A DNA stretch of 39,539 bases. Origin: Gaiellaceae bacterium. GTDB lineage: Bacteria > Actinomycetota > Thermoleophilia > Gaiellales > Gaiellaceae. The stretch covers positions 1-39,539 of the forward strand of contig DASTEM010000254.1 in the NCBI GenBank assembly GCA_035709545.1. Direction: 5' to 3'. Below the pieces are notes generated by a model. The model saw nothing but the letters and a program-made list of their open reading frames with translations. It did not search any database and was not told where the DNA came from. Of the stretch, positions 8,638 to 17,056 are shown one piece after another. The translations under genes and the position numbers were made by a program. Each line of letters starts with the position of its first letter. Within the stretch, counting starts at the first letter, position 1.

Positions 8638-10028
8638 GCTTCCGCGCGCGCATCGCCGTGTCTGCCGCCGCAGCGGTTGCGCTCACGGTTGCACTCGCAT
8701 CGATCCTCGTCTACCTGGTCGCACGGGAGCAGGTTCGCGCACCGGTCGATGACGCGCTCGAGCAGCGGGCGGCGGAGCTCTCGAGAACCCCACTCCGCCT
8801 GGTGAAAGTGCCGGGTGGCACGTTCCTCGCGGTGCGGCCCGAGTTCGGCGAGGCCCGTGGGTATGTCCAGCTCGTGCAGTCCGACGGAGTGGTCCTGCTG
8901 CCGGCGCGCCAGAACTTTCAGCTTCCGGTGGACGACCGGGTTCGTGCCGTTGCACTCGGTACGAGTCCCGCGTTCTGGCGTGACGTCGATGTCGATAAGA
9001 CGCACCTCCGCATGTTCACGTTCTCGTACGGGCCCGGAGCCGCGGTGCAGGTGGCCCGGCCGCTCGTCGAAGCGGACAGATCACTCGAGCAGATCGGGCT
9101 GTTCCTGCTCATCATCACTACCGGGGGGGTGGTCATTGCCGCCGGCCTCGGCCTTGTGGTGGCGCGGGCGGCGCTGACCCCGGTCAAGCGGCTGACTGAG
9201 ACGGCAGAACGGGTGACGGACACAAGAGATCTCTCAGAGCGAATCGACGTGAGGGGTCGAGACGAGATCAGCCGTCTCGCGGCGAGCTTCAACACCATGT
9301 TGGCGGCGCTCGAGGAGTCCACACGCGCGCAGCGTCAGCTCGTCGCCGATGCGTCCCACGAACTCAGGACGCCGCTCACGAGCGTGCGCACGAACATCGA
9401 GGTGCTCGCAAGCGACCGCGTCCTCCCGTCGGGTGAGCGGAGCCGCCTCTTGGCAGATGTCGTCGAGCAGCTGAGTGAGATGACGACTCTGATCGCCGAG
9501 CTGATCGAGCTCGCTCGCGCGGAGCAGACGACCGCGGAGCCAGAGGACGTGAGCTTTGACGTCCTGGTCGCCGATGCGGTCGAGCGTGCGCGTCGCAACC
9601 GGCCGGGAGTCAGCTACTCGACGGAGCTCGAGAAGTCGACGGTACGTGGAGTGCCGGCAACGATCGAACGCGCAGTCACGAACCTTCTGGACAACGCAGC
9701 GAAGTGGACACCACCGGGCGCAGGGGTCGAAGTCTCGGTACGGGGCGGCCGGCTGTCCGTTCGCGACCACGGCCCGGGGATCGCTGACGAGGATCTGCCG
9801 TACGTCTTCGACCGCTTCTACCGAGCCCGTTCGGCGCGCGGCATGCCAGGCTCGGGGCTCGGTCTCGCGATCGTGCGTCAGGTTGCCGAGGCACACGGAG
9901 GCGACGTGCGCGCAGAGCGTGCCGAAGGCGGCGGCACCGTCATGGTGCTCGACTTCGGAAGTCCGATTCGCGAGGCCTTGCCCGACCCGACCGTCGAGCG
10001 GTTGGCTCCCCGCTTCGAATCTTCTTAG
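8634..10028 (+). CDS. membrane sensor histidine kinase (two TM, HAMP, HisKA, HATPase_c; MprB/CssS-like)
   Basis: ATGA overlap with the response-regulator stop. H-box is [14 protein letters not shown]-box [10 protein letters not shown]-boxes VRDHGPGI and GSGLGLAIV. Two hydrophobic segments flank a periplasmic loop of about 130 aa. Confidence 0.9.
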   Translation: MSFRARIAVSAAAAVALTVALASILVYLVAREQVRAPVDDALEQRAAELSRTPLRLVKVPGGTFLAVRPEFGEARGYVQLVQSDGVVLLPARQNFQLPVDDRVRAVALGTSPAFWRDVDVDKTHLRMFTFSYGPGAAVQVARPLVEADRSLEQIGLFLLIITTGGVVIAAGLGLVVARAALTPVKRLTETAERVTDTRDLSERIDVRGRDEISRLAASFNTMLAALEESTRAQRQLVADASHELRTPLTSVRTNIEVLASDRVLPSGERSRLLADVVEQLSEMTTLIAELIELARAEQTTAEPEDVSFDVLVADAVERARRNRPGVSYSTELEKSTVRGVPATIERAVTNLLDNAAKWTPPGAGVEVSVRGGRLSVRDHGPGIADEDLPYVFDRFYRARSARGMPGSGLGLAIVRQVAEAHGGDVRAERAEGGGTVMVLDFGSPIREALPDPTVERLAPRFESS

Positions 10029-10073
10029 GCGCCTTTCAGCGCACTCTTAGAGATCCGTGGTCTGCTTCGGTCC

Positions 10074-10757
10074 ATGAAGACTCGAGACAAGACCAAGGTT
10101 GCGATTCTCGCCGCTGGGGCCGTGACGATCGTCACAGGGCTCGCGGCCGCCGGAGCCGTAACGGCTGCGCGTGCGATCTCACCCGGCGACGAGAGCCAGT
10201 CGGTGATCGCTGATGCTGCTGGTCAGCTGGGCATCGAGCCTGCTGCGCTCTCGGACGCGCTGAAGCAGGCGCTGAAGCACCGGATCGACGCCGCCGTCGA
10301 TGCGGGTCGCCTCACCGAGGCGCAGGGCGACGAGCTGAAGCGGCGCATCGACTCGGCGGGCAGCGTTCCGCTGTTCGGCGGGTTCGGCCACCATCGCGGA
10401 CTAGGCCACTTCAGAAGTCTCGAAGCCGCCGCAGACTATCTCGGACTGACCGAGGCCGAGCTCCGCGAACAGCTTCAGGACAAGACACTTGCGGAGATCG
10501 CGAAGGACAAGGGCAAGACTGTTGCCGGTCTCGTCCAGGCGCTCGTGACCTCGGCGGAGAAGGCGATCGACGAAGCAGTCGCCGATGGCCGGCTGACGGA
10601 TGAGCAGGCAACTGAGCTCAAGGCGAATCTCCAGGATCGCATCGAGGCGCTCGTCAACGGCGAGTTCCGCAGCCGTGGGCTCGGGTTCCATCACCGATTC
10701 GGGTCGGGTGACGCCTCTCCCCGTGCCCCACCGTTCTTCTGGGGGCCGCGCGCGTAA
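10074..10757 (+). CDS. exported tandem-repeat protein with two LTXXQ motifs and Gly/His-rich tails (CpxP/Spy/ZraP-like)
   Basis: Signal/anchor segment is VAILAAGAVTIVTGLAAAGAVTAARA. Two modules of about 90 aa end in DAGRLTEAQGDELKRRI...GGFGHHRGLGHF and ADGRLTDEQATELKANL...RGLGFHHRFG. The gene starts 46 nt downstream of the kinase. Confidence 0.6.
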   Translation: MKTRDKTKVAILAAGAVTIVTGLAAAGAVTAARAISPGDESQSVIADAAGQLGIEPAALSDALKQALKHRIDAAVDAGRLTEAQGDELKRRIDSAGSVPLFGGFGHHRGLGHFRSLEAAADYLGLTEAELREQLQDKTLAEIAKDKGKTVAGLVQALVTSAEKAIDEAVADGRLTDEQATELKANLQDRIEALVNGEFRSRGLGFHHRFGSGDASPRAPPFFWGPRA

Positions 10758-10767
10758 GTCCCTTCCG

Positions 10768-10802
10768 AAACGGGGCCAGGCATGAAGTCTGGCCCCGTTT
10801 TT
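10768..10802. terminator. intrinsic terminator hairpin (strong on +, partly bidirectional)
   Basis: Perfect 12-bp stem aaacggggccag / ctggccccgttt with a 9-nt loop, followed by a five-T run on the + strand. An A-run precedes it, so it may also act on the minus strand. Confidence 0.8.
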
Positions 10803-10812
10803 CGCGTGTGCG

Positions 10813-10869
10813 TCCCTCGATCGAGGGATAGTCCCTCGTTCGAGGGGGGTAACTCGATCGAGGGATTGC
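10813..10869. repeat. three tandem repeats of about 19 nt, each containing the palindrome CCCTCG(A/T)TCGAGGG
   Basis: The copies are tccctcgatcgagggatag, tccctcgttcgaggggggt and aactcgatcgagggattgc. They lie in the non-coding gap between convergent genes. Confidence 0.7.
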
Positions 10870-11010
10870 ATCCCCCGTTTGCGTCACTACAAGGAGATAT
10901 GGGGAGAGGGGAAGGGAGCCGCGCGCTCGTCCTCGCGGACGGGCGCGCGGCACGATCTCGACCCCCACCGGTCGGGGCATCCGCCCCCCTCCCCACGAAT
11001 CGCCCCGGCT

Positions 11011-11352
11011 TCAGGGATCCCATGCTTCGCCGCGCGTGTCCCATCCGATCAGGACGTGCCCGGAGAGCAGAGCTGCGACGCGGTCGAGGAGCTCCCGATC
11101 GGCGTCCCCGTCGACAAGGAGCCCGCCCACTTCCGAGTCCTGAAACACGATCGGTACCTGCATGCGACGCGACTCGTCTGGCTCGCCTGCTGCGGGGCCG
11201 AGCGTCAGTGCGCCCGCTTCGAGGAAGGCTACCCCCGCCCATGCGATCCCGGGCTCGGTAGCGAGCGTCGACACCACTTCTCGCAGGACGTCGTCGGGCT
11301 CGCCGCCCGAATCGAGAACGCGTTCAAGTCGCTCGAGGACGCTAGTGCTCAC
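11011..11352 (-). CDS. small stand-alone GAF-like domain protein (113 aa)
   Basis: GTG start overlaps the upstream stop (GTGA). Pattern is LREVVSTLATEPGIAWAGVAFLEAGALTLGPAAG...VPIVFQDSEVGGLLVDG. The ORF-track N-terminal extension is Arg-rich and overlaps the thioesterase gene. Confidence 0.5.
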   Translation of the reverse strand: MSTSVLERLERVLDSGGEPDDVLREVVSTLATEPGIAWAGVAFLEAGALTLGPAAGEPDESRRMQVPIVFQDSEVGGLLVDGDADRELLDRVAALLSGHVLIGWDTRGEAWDP

Positions 11353-11807
11353 CCCTCGAGGTCGACCCCTTCGAACGCGCGGAGCGCGTCGCGCAGCTCG
11401 TCGGGAACACGGGTCGGGCGTCGCGACTCGAGATCGACGAGGACGAGGGTCTGCGTCGCGGTCACCATGAGCAGCTCGTCGGGAAGACGGTAGGCAGCAC
11501 ATTCGTAGGTGACGCTCGACGTGCCGATTCGCCGAACGCGAACGAAGAGCTCCAGCAGGTCGTCGAAGCGGGCGGGCGCGACGTACTCGACCTCGAGGGC
11601 ACGCATGACGAATTCCGCGCCCTCCGCTCGGAAATCCGCGACGTGACGGTGGTACTCAGTGCGAGCGTGGTCGAAGTAGGGGAGGTAGCGGCCGTAGTAG
11701 ACGACTCCCTGCGCGTCCGTGTCCGAGAACCAGACACGCGCGAGCGCGGAGTACTTGAAGGGAGGCCGCAGATTGGTTATGCGACCGAGCTCGAGCGCTT
11801 CCGTCAC
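11349..11807 (-). CDS. acyl-CoA thioesterase, 4HBT/YbgC family (hotdog fold)
   Basis: Motif VWFSDTDAQGVVYYGRYLPYFDHARTEYHRH is typical of YbgC/FadM-type thioesterases. 152 aa, GTG start. Confidence 0.8.
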   Translation of the reverse strand: MTEALELGRITNLRPPFKYSALARVWFSDTDAQGVVYYGRYLPYFDHARTEYHRHVADFRAEGAEFVMRALEVEYVAPARFDDLLELFVRVRRIGTSSVTYECAAYRLPDELLMVTATQTLVLVDLESRRPTRVPDELRDALRAFEGVDLEG

Positions 11808-11816
11808 GGGCCGCTC

Positions 11817-13163
11817 CTACGCACGGATCAGCTCCAGAACCTCGTCGCGCTTCTCGATCATCAACTTCTCGGAGAGCGCTTCGAGGTTCAGGCGCAACAG
11901 GGGCTCCGTGTTCGAAGGTCGCACGTTGAAGTGCCAGTCGTCGAAGTCGATCGAGATCCCGTCGAGGTGGGAGATTCGCGCGCCTGCGGTCGAATAGCGC
12001 TCCTTGAGCTCCTGGAGCTTCAGTGGCACGTCCGCGACCGGCGTGTTGATCTCGCCCGTGAGGAAGAAACGCGCTCTGTACGGGGCGAGGAGCTCTGACA
12101 ACTTTCGGCCTCGCCGCGAGAGAAGCTCGAGCATGAGCAGGAACGGCACCACCCCGGTGTCCGCCTGCGAGAAGTCGCGGAAGTAGTAGTGCGCGGAGAC
12201 CTCGCCCGCGAAGACCGCATCGTCCTTGCGCATCCGGTGCTTGATGAACGCGTGGCCGACGCGGTTGATCAGCGGGATGCCGCCCGCGCGCTCGATCGCC
12301 TCCGGAACGGCTCGGCTTGCGCGGACGTCGTAGATCACCTTCTCCCCGGATGAATTCTCCAGCACGGCCTCGGCCAGCAGCGCGGTCACGAAGTCTCCGG
12401 GCACGAACTCGCCGGTGTCATCGACGAAGAAACAGCGATCGGCGTCGCCGTCGTATGCGACCCCCAGATCGGCGCTCGTCTCCCGCACCTTGTCGACGAT
12501 GAACTCCCGGTTCTCGGGAAGGAGTGGGTTGGGCTCGTGGTTCGGAAAGTTCCCGTCCAGCTCGAAATAACAGGCGACGACGTCGAGCTGAGGCAGGTGC
12601 TCGAGGACGGGCGGAAGCATGAGTCCGGCCATCCCGTTGGCCGCGTCCACGACGACGCGCAGCGGGCCGATCTGCTCGACGTCCACGAATGAAAGGACCT
12701 TGCGCACGAATCCAGCCCAGATGTCCTCAGTTCGCACGTCGCCCCGTCGCTCGACCTCACCGAAGCCCGAGTCGGCGAGCGCGCGGATCTCGCGGAGGCC
12801 GGAGTCTCCGCCGACCGGTAGCGCGCCGCGACGGACGATCTTCATCCCCGTGTACTCCTTCGGGTTGTGCGATGCCGTCACGCAGATTCCACCGTCGAGC
12901 TGCAGCTCGGACACCGCGTGGTAGAGCATCTCGGTGCCGACAAGGCCGATGTCGACGACATCCGCGCCGCCGTCGGCAATTCCGTCGATGACCGCTCGCG
13001 CCATGGTGGGCGAGGACACGCGGGTGTCCCGCCCGACGGCGACGGCGTTCGGCTCGAAGTGCGCCACGTACGCGCGCCCAACGCGGTAGGCGCCCTCCTC
13101 GTCGAGCTGAGACGGATACAGGCCACGCACGTCGTAGGCCTTGAAGGCCGCGGGGTCGAGCAC
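11817..13163 (-). CDS. phosphomannomutase/phosphoglucomutase (alpha-D-phosphohexomutase family)
   Basis: Active-site loop is TASHNPKEYTGMK, metal loop is YDGDADRCFFVD, and a sugar-binding GEVSAHYYF motif is present. 448 aa, GTG start. Confidence 0.9.
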   Translation of the reverse strand: MLDPAAFKAYDVRGLYPSQLDEEGAYRVGRAYVAHFEPNAVAVGRDTRVSSPTMARAVIDGIADGGADVVDIGLVGTEMLYHAVSELQLDGGICVTASHNPKEYTGMKIVRRGALPVGGDSGLREIRALADSGFGEVERRGDVRTEDIWAGFVRKVLSFVDVEQIGPLRVVVDAANGMAGLMLPPVLEHLPQLDVVACYFELDGNFPNHEPNPLLPENREFIVDKVRETSADLGVAYDGDADRCFFVDDTGEFVPGDFVTALLAEAVLENSSGEKVIYDVRASRAVPEAIERAGGIPLINRVGHAFIKHRMRKDDAVFAGEVSAHYYFRDFSQADTGVVPFLLMLELLSRRGRKLSELLAPYRARFFLTGEINTPVADVPLKLQELKERYSTAGARISHLDGISIDFDDWHFNVRPSNTEPLLRLNLEALSEKLMIEKRDEVLELIRA

Positions 13164-13169
13164 GAATCG

Positions 13170-13175
13170 ATGCTA
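13170..13175 (-). promoter_or_regulatory. -10-like hexamer TAGCAT, leaderless geometry for the phosphomannomutase operon
   Basis: TANNNT hexamer on the minus strand, 6 nt upstream of GTG 13163. A 7-bp-arm palindrome ggagatc-gcgag-gatctcc lies at 13181-13199. Confidence 0.35.
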
Positions 13176-13269
13176 CCGCGGGAGATCGCGAGGATCTCCG
13201 GGTTCTTGCTGGTGCATACCCGGTCCATGGGATTCCGGACGCGTTCGCGGTCGTTTCTACACGTCGGGA

Positions 13270-16230
13270 ATGGAGCGCAAGCTCGCAACGGTGCTGTTTG
13301 TCGACCTCGTTGACTCGACACGTCTGGTGGCGGGCAGCGATCCCGAGGTCGTTCGCCGTCGTGTGAACCAGTTCTTCGAGACGGTCTCGCACTGCGTCTC
13401 CCAGCACGGAGGGATCGTCGAGAAGTTCGCCGGCGACGCCGTTCTCGCGGCGTTCGGCGTTCTCCAGGCGCACGAGGACGATGCCCAGCGAGCAGTACGC
13501 GCAGCCCTCGCGATGCGCACAGCCGTCAGCGACCTCGGGCTTCGGGCTCGCATCGGGATCGAGGCCGGCGAGCTCGTCGTCGAGGACGCCGAGTCGACGT
13601 TCGCAACCGGCGAGGCGGTGAACCTGGCGGCACGGTTGCAGCAGGCGGCGATGCCTGGGGAGATCCTCGTCGGGCCCACGGCATACAAACTGGCCGCGGC
13701 GAGTCTCGTCGTCGAGGACGCCGGGCCGAAAGACCTGAAGGGATTGGATGGACCGCTCCGGGCCTGGCGGGTGGTCGACATGCTCGACGGCCCGGCTCGG
13801 TCACTTGGCCCGCGCGCCCCGCTTGTCGGACGCGATTCGGAGCTCGAGCTCCTCGAGAACACCTTCCACCGCAGCGTCCGCGACCGTCGCGCGCACGTCT
13901 TCACCATCTTCGGGGAGCCCGGGGTCGGAAAGAGCCGCCTCGCACGCGAGTTCCTCGACGGCGTCGAGCGGGCAAGCGTCCTCATGGGACGTGCGTTGCC
14001 GTACGGGGAAGGCGTGACGTACTGGCCCCTGGCTGAGATGGTGAAGGCGGCGGCGGGGATCTCGGACGACGATCCGCTCGAGGAGGCGTTCGAGAAACTT
14101 CGCGACTGCTGTGCGGAGGAGGCCGTCGCAGACGTCCTCGGACTGGCCGCGGGCCTAATGGAGGCGCTCGAGGGTGAGCGAAGTTCGCAGGAGATTGCCT
14201 GGGCGGCGCGTGAGGTCATGCACCGCATCGCAGACGTCCAGCCGTTGATCCTCCTGTTCGAGGACATCCACTGGGCGGAGGAACCGCTACTCGACCTGAT
14301 CGAGCAGCTTGCCGACTTCGTGCGCGCGCCGCTCCTGATCGTCTGTCTCGCGCGGCCCGAGCTCCTCGAGGCGCGACCAGGGTGGGGTGGAGGCCGAGTC
14401 CGCTCGACCGCGATCGAGCTCGAGCCGCTGTCGGAGGAGGAAAGCGAGCTGCTCGTCGAGAAGCTGCTCGCACAGCTCGCCGGCACGTCCGGAGCGGTGC
14501 CCGCCCTGGTACCGCGCAAGGTGCTCGAGCGCGCCGAAGGCAACCCGCTCTTCGTCGAGGAGACGATTCGCATGCTCGTCGAGAGCGGCTCGGAGGACAG
14601 GGCGTCGCACCGGATCCCGGACACGCTGCAGGCACTCATAGCGGCGCGCATCGACTACCTGCCCGCTGACGGAAAAACCCTCCTTCAGCGCGCAGCAGTG
14701 ATCGGGAGAGTCTTCTGGCGAGGCGCACTCGAGCACCTCTCGCCGGACGTTGCGGAGACGGGCGCGCTGCTCGACGATCTCGTGCAGCGCGATTTCATCC
14801 TCCGCGAGCCGCGCTCGTCCATCTCGGGCGAGACGGCGTACAGGTTCAAGCACCTCCTCATCCGTGAGGTCGCGTATGCCGGCATGGCGAAGCTGTCGCG
14901 TGCGCAGTATCACGCACGGTTCGCAGAATGGCTTGCGGAGCGAACGGGTGAGGAGCTGGTCGAGATCCGTGCGTACCACCTCGACCAGGCGGTCGAGTTT
15001 CTGGTCGAGCTGGAGGGTGCGGCGCCCGAGGAGCTCGCGCACCAGACCGGCGAAGCACTCGTCAGAGCCGCCAAGCGTGCGATCGCACGCGAGGCGTACG
15101 CGACTGCCAGGAAGCTCGCGCTTCGAGCACTCGAGCTCCGCCCGACGCTCTCCGCTCGCTACATGGCGGCCCGCGCAGCGTGGAGGCTTCAGGACTGGGC
15201 CGCCGTCCAGGTCGAGATGGCGAAGGTTCGAGACGAGGCAGACGAGCAGGACGAGCGCGTTCTGCATGCGCTCGCCCTCACCGCGCTCGGCGAGGCTTCG
15301 ATCAAGCGCGAAGGCGACGTCGCACAGGCGCGAGTTCTCGTCGACCAGGCACTCGAGATCCTCGCGGGCGAGGACGACCCCACTGCTCACTTCGACGCGC
15401 TCGTAGTCCGCGCGTCGGTCGCTTCATGGCAGGGCTCGGAGAGCGAATCCGTCGGCTACATGGAGCGGGCGTACGTGATCGCCCTCGACGCCGACCGCAA
15501 AGACCTGCAAACGATCGCCGCCCAGGCGCTGGCACGCACGCACATCCTGCGGCTGGAGCTCGACGAGGCGGAGTTGCTGCTCACACGGGCGCTCGAGCTC
15601 GCCGGAGAGAGCGGCAGCGCACGTGGAAGAGTGAGCGCGACCTTGTCCTACGGCTGGCTCCTCGCGGCAAAGGGAGAGCTCGACGAGGCAGAGTCCGTTT
15701 TCGAGGAAGTCCGGACGACGGCGGCCGAGCTCGGCGTCGAGCCCGCGATCACCTCTGCCCTGTTCCATCTCGGCTCGATCGCGCGGCTCAAGGGCGACCA
15801 CAAGCGGGCCGAAAGGCTGCTTCGGGAGGCTCTCCGCATGACTGCGGCACGCGGTGACCGCGGTTTGCTACCCGACTATCAAGCGATGCTGGCTGCCACC
15901 CTCGCCGATCTGGGCAAGGTCGACGAGGCGGAGCGGCTCGCGCTCGAGGCCAGCCGGAACGCCAGCCCCGAAGACACGACGTGCAAGATCATCGCGGCGA
16001 CGGCGCTCGCCGCCGTTCGGGCAGTTCAGGGACGCGACGGTGAAGCGGAGGACCTGTTCCACTCGGCTCTCGAACTGACTCGAGAGGGGGGCTTCGAGGT
16101 TTTCGAGGCCGAGCCTCTCGAGCGGCTAGTGGGCTTCCTACGCGACCGCGGGCGCGGGGAAGAGGCTGTGCCCTACGAGACCCGGCTCGCGGAGCTCTCG
16201 CCTCCGACGAGGACATCGCGGATCGCCTGA
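13270..16230 (+). CDS. class III nucleotide cyclase fused to a STAND/AAA ATPase and a TPR-like helical repeat domain (986 aa)
   Basis: Cyclase motifs are TVLFVDLVDST, KFAGDAVLAAFG and GEAVNLAARLQ. Walker A is FGEPGVGKSRLAREF and Walker B-like is LILLFEDIHWAEEP. The C-terminal region of about 400 aa is alpha-helical repeat. Start set at ATG 13270 (MERKLATV). Confidence 0.85.
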   Translation: MERKLATVLFVDLVDSTRLVAGSDPEVVRRRVNQFFETVSHCVSQHGGIVEKFAGDAVLAAFGVLQAHEDDAQRAVRAALAMRTAVSDLGLRARIGIEAGELVVEDAESTFATGEAVNLAARLQQAAMPGEILVGPTAYKLAAASLVVEDAGPKDLKGLDGPLRAWRVVDMLDGPARSLGPRAPLVGRDSELELLENTFHRSVRDRRAHVFTIFGEPGVGKSRLAREFLDGVERASVLMGRALPYGEGVTYWPLAEMVKAAAGISDDDPLEEAFEKLRDCCAEEAVADVLGLAAGLMEALEGERSSQEIAWAAREVMHRIADVQPLILLFEDIHWAEEPLLDLIEQLADFVRAPLLIVCLARPELLEARPGWGGGRVRSTAIELEPLSEEESELLVEKLLAQLAGTSGAVPALVPRKVLERAEGNPLFVEETIRMLVESGSEDRASHRIPDTLQALIAARIDYLPADGKTLLQRAAVIGRVFWRGALEHLSPDVAETGALLDDLVQRDFILREPRSSISGETAYRFKHLLIREVAYAGMAKLSRAQYHARFAEWLAERTGEELVEIRAYHLDQAVEFLVELEGAAPEELAHQTGEALVRAAKRAIAREAYATARKLALRALELRPTLSARYMAARAAWRLQDWAAVQVEMAKVRDEADEQDERVLHALALTALGEASIKREGDVAQARVLVDQALEILAGEDDPTAHFDALVVRASVASWQGSESESVGYMERAYVIALDADRKDLQTIAAQALARTHILRLELDEAELLLTRALELAGESGSARGRVSATLSYGWLLAAKGELDEAESVFEEVRTTAAELGVEPAITSALFHLGSIARLKGDHKRAERLLREALRMTAARGDRGLLPDYQAMLAATLADLGKVDEAERLALEASRNASPEDTTCKIIAATALAAVRAVQGRDGEAEDLFHSALELTREGGFEVFEAEPLERLVGFLRDRGRGEEAVPYETRLAELSPPTRTSRIA

Positions 16231-17024
16231 CTCGACCGCTCGTCAGGCGACTCGGAGATCACCGTCGCGGGGCGCTCGAAGCCGGCGAGCGCGTCGCGCA
16301 AGGGCTCAGCCCGTAGCGTCCCGTCTCCGTACGGCAGATGTTTCGTCTCGTTTCGGTTCGCGAACGCGATGTCGGAGAAATGGATGTGAAAGGGTCGGCC
16401 AGGCTCGATGACCGCATCCACGGCGGCAAGCGCCTCGCTGAATCGGTCGGGCTGCAGAAACATCCCGTCGCTGGTCGCGTGCATGTGCGCGAAGTCGAGG
16501 ACGGGTCGTACCCAGCCAGTCCGGCGAGATATCTCGACAACGTCGTCTATCGACCCGAGGTCTCTGACGCGTCCCATGACCTCGACCCCGAACGACACGG
16601 CTCGGCCCTTGGCCTCGAGACGCTCGCGAAGCATGGCGAGCTGCTCCACGACGGCGTCAATCGCGGCCTCGCGGTCTCGTCCCAGGAGGAATCCCGGATG
16701 GAAGACGACGAGCTCGGCGCCGCTCGCGGCAGCGATGCCAGCGCTGCGGTCGAGTGCGCCCACGGCAGACGTGTACTTCTTGCCTACTGCCTCGAGATGG
16801 CCCATGAAGCCGAACAGCGGAGCGTGTACCGAGAGGGCGATGCCGTTCGCGCGGGCGAGCTTGCCGAGGTGCTCCGCGAACGGGTAGTCCATCCAGAACC
16901 CGCTCTCGAAGTCGATCTCGCATGCCGTGTAACCGCGCTCCAGAAGCACGGCGACTGCTTCCTCGGGCGACTCTCGGGACGGGAGCCGTGCGGGTCCGAC
17001 ACGGATCTCGGACATCGCCTCCAT
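16173..17024 (-). CDS. xylose-isomerase-like TIM-barrel protein (sugar phosphate isomerase/epimerase / AP-endonuclease-2 superfamily)
   Basis: 283 aa. Pattern is GYTACEIDFE...SVHAP...VVFHPG...FGVEVMG...LDFAHMHA...HIHFSD. An alternative start at ATG 17015 has TACGAT plus 7 nt. The 3' end overlaps the convergent cyclase-STAND gene by 58 nt. Confidence 0.75.
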   Translation of the reverse strand: MEAMSEIRVGPARLPSRESPEEAVAVLLERGYTACEIDFESGFWMDYPFAEHLGKLARANGIALSVHAPLFGFMGHLEAVGKKYTSAVGALDRSAGIAAASGAELVVFHPGFLLGRDREAAIDAVVEQLAMLRERLEAKGRAVSFGVEVMGRVRDLGSIDDVVEISRRTGWVRPVLDFAHMHATSDGMFLQPDRFSEALAAVDAVIEPGRPFHIHFSDIAFANRNETKHLPYGDGTLRAEPLRDALAGFERPATVISESPDERSSQAIRDVLVGGESSASRVS

Positions 17025-17056
17025 CGTAGTACCGGGAATGTGATTGCCTTCACGCA

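Noticed and set aside
10956-11007. Two hairpins with C-rich loops (tctcgacc-cccacc-ggtcgggg and cggggc-...cgcccccctcccc...-gccccg), reminiscent of actinobacterial 6C sRNA; the same C/G runs could also form a G-quadruplex on the minus strand
   Set aside because: The two stems share the cgggg segment and so are mutually exclusive. No promoter or terminator is visible, and I cannot run a covariance model. The evidence is insufficient to call an ncRNA; an Rfam scan would settle it.
10782-11261. AAGGAG (10891-10896) followed by ATG 10899, opening the tail of a 159-aa plus-strand ORF in the convergent intergenic region
   Set aside because: The SD-to-ATG spacing is only 2 nt. The translation is Arg/Pro/Gly-rich and runs antisense through the GAF-like gene. 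No support as a gene.
13257-15390. 464-aa and 367-aa minus-strand ORFs antisense to the cyclase-STAND gene
   Set aside because: They are Ser/Arg-rich off-frame translations. The plus frame carries cyclase, Walker A/B and repeat motifs throughout.
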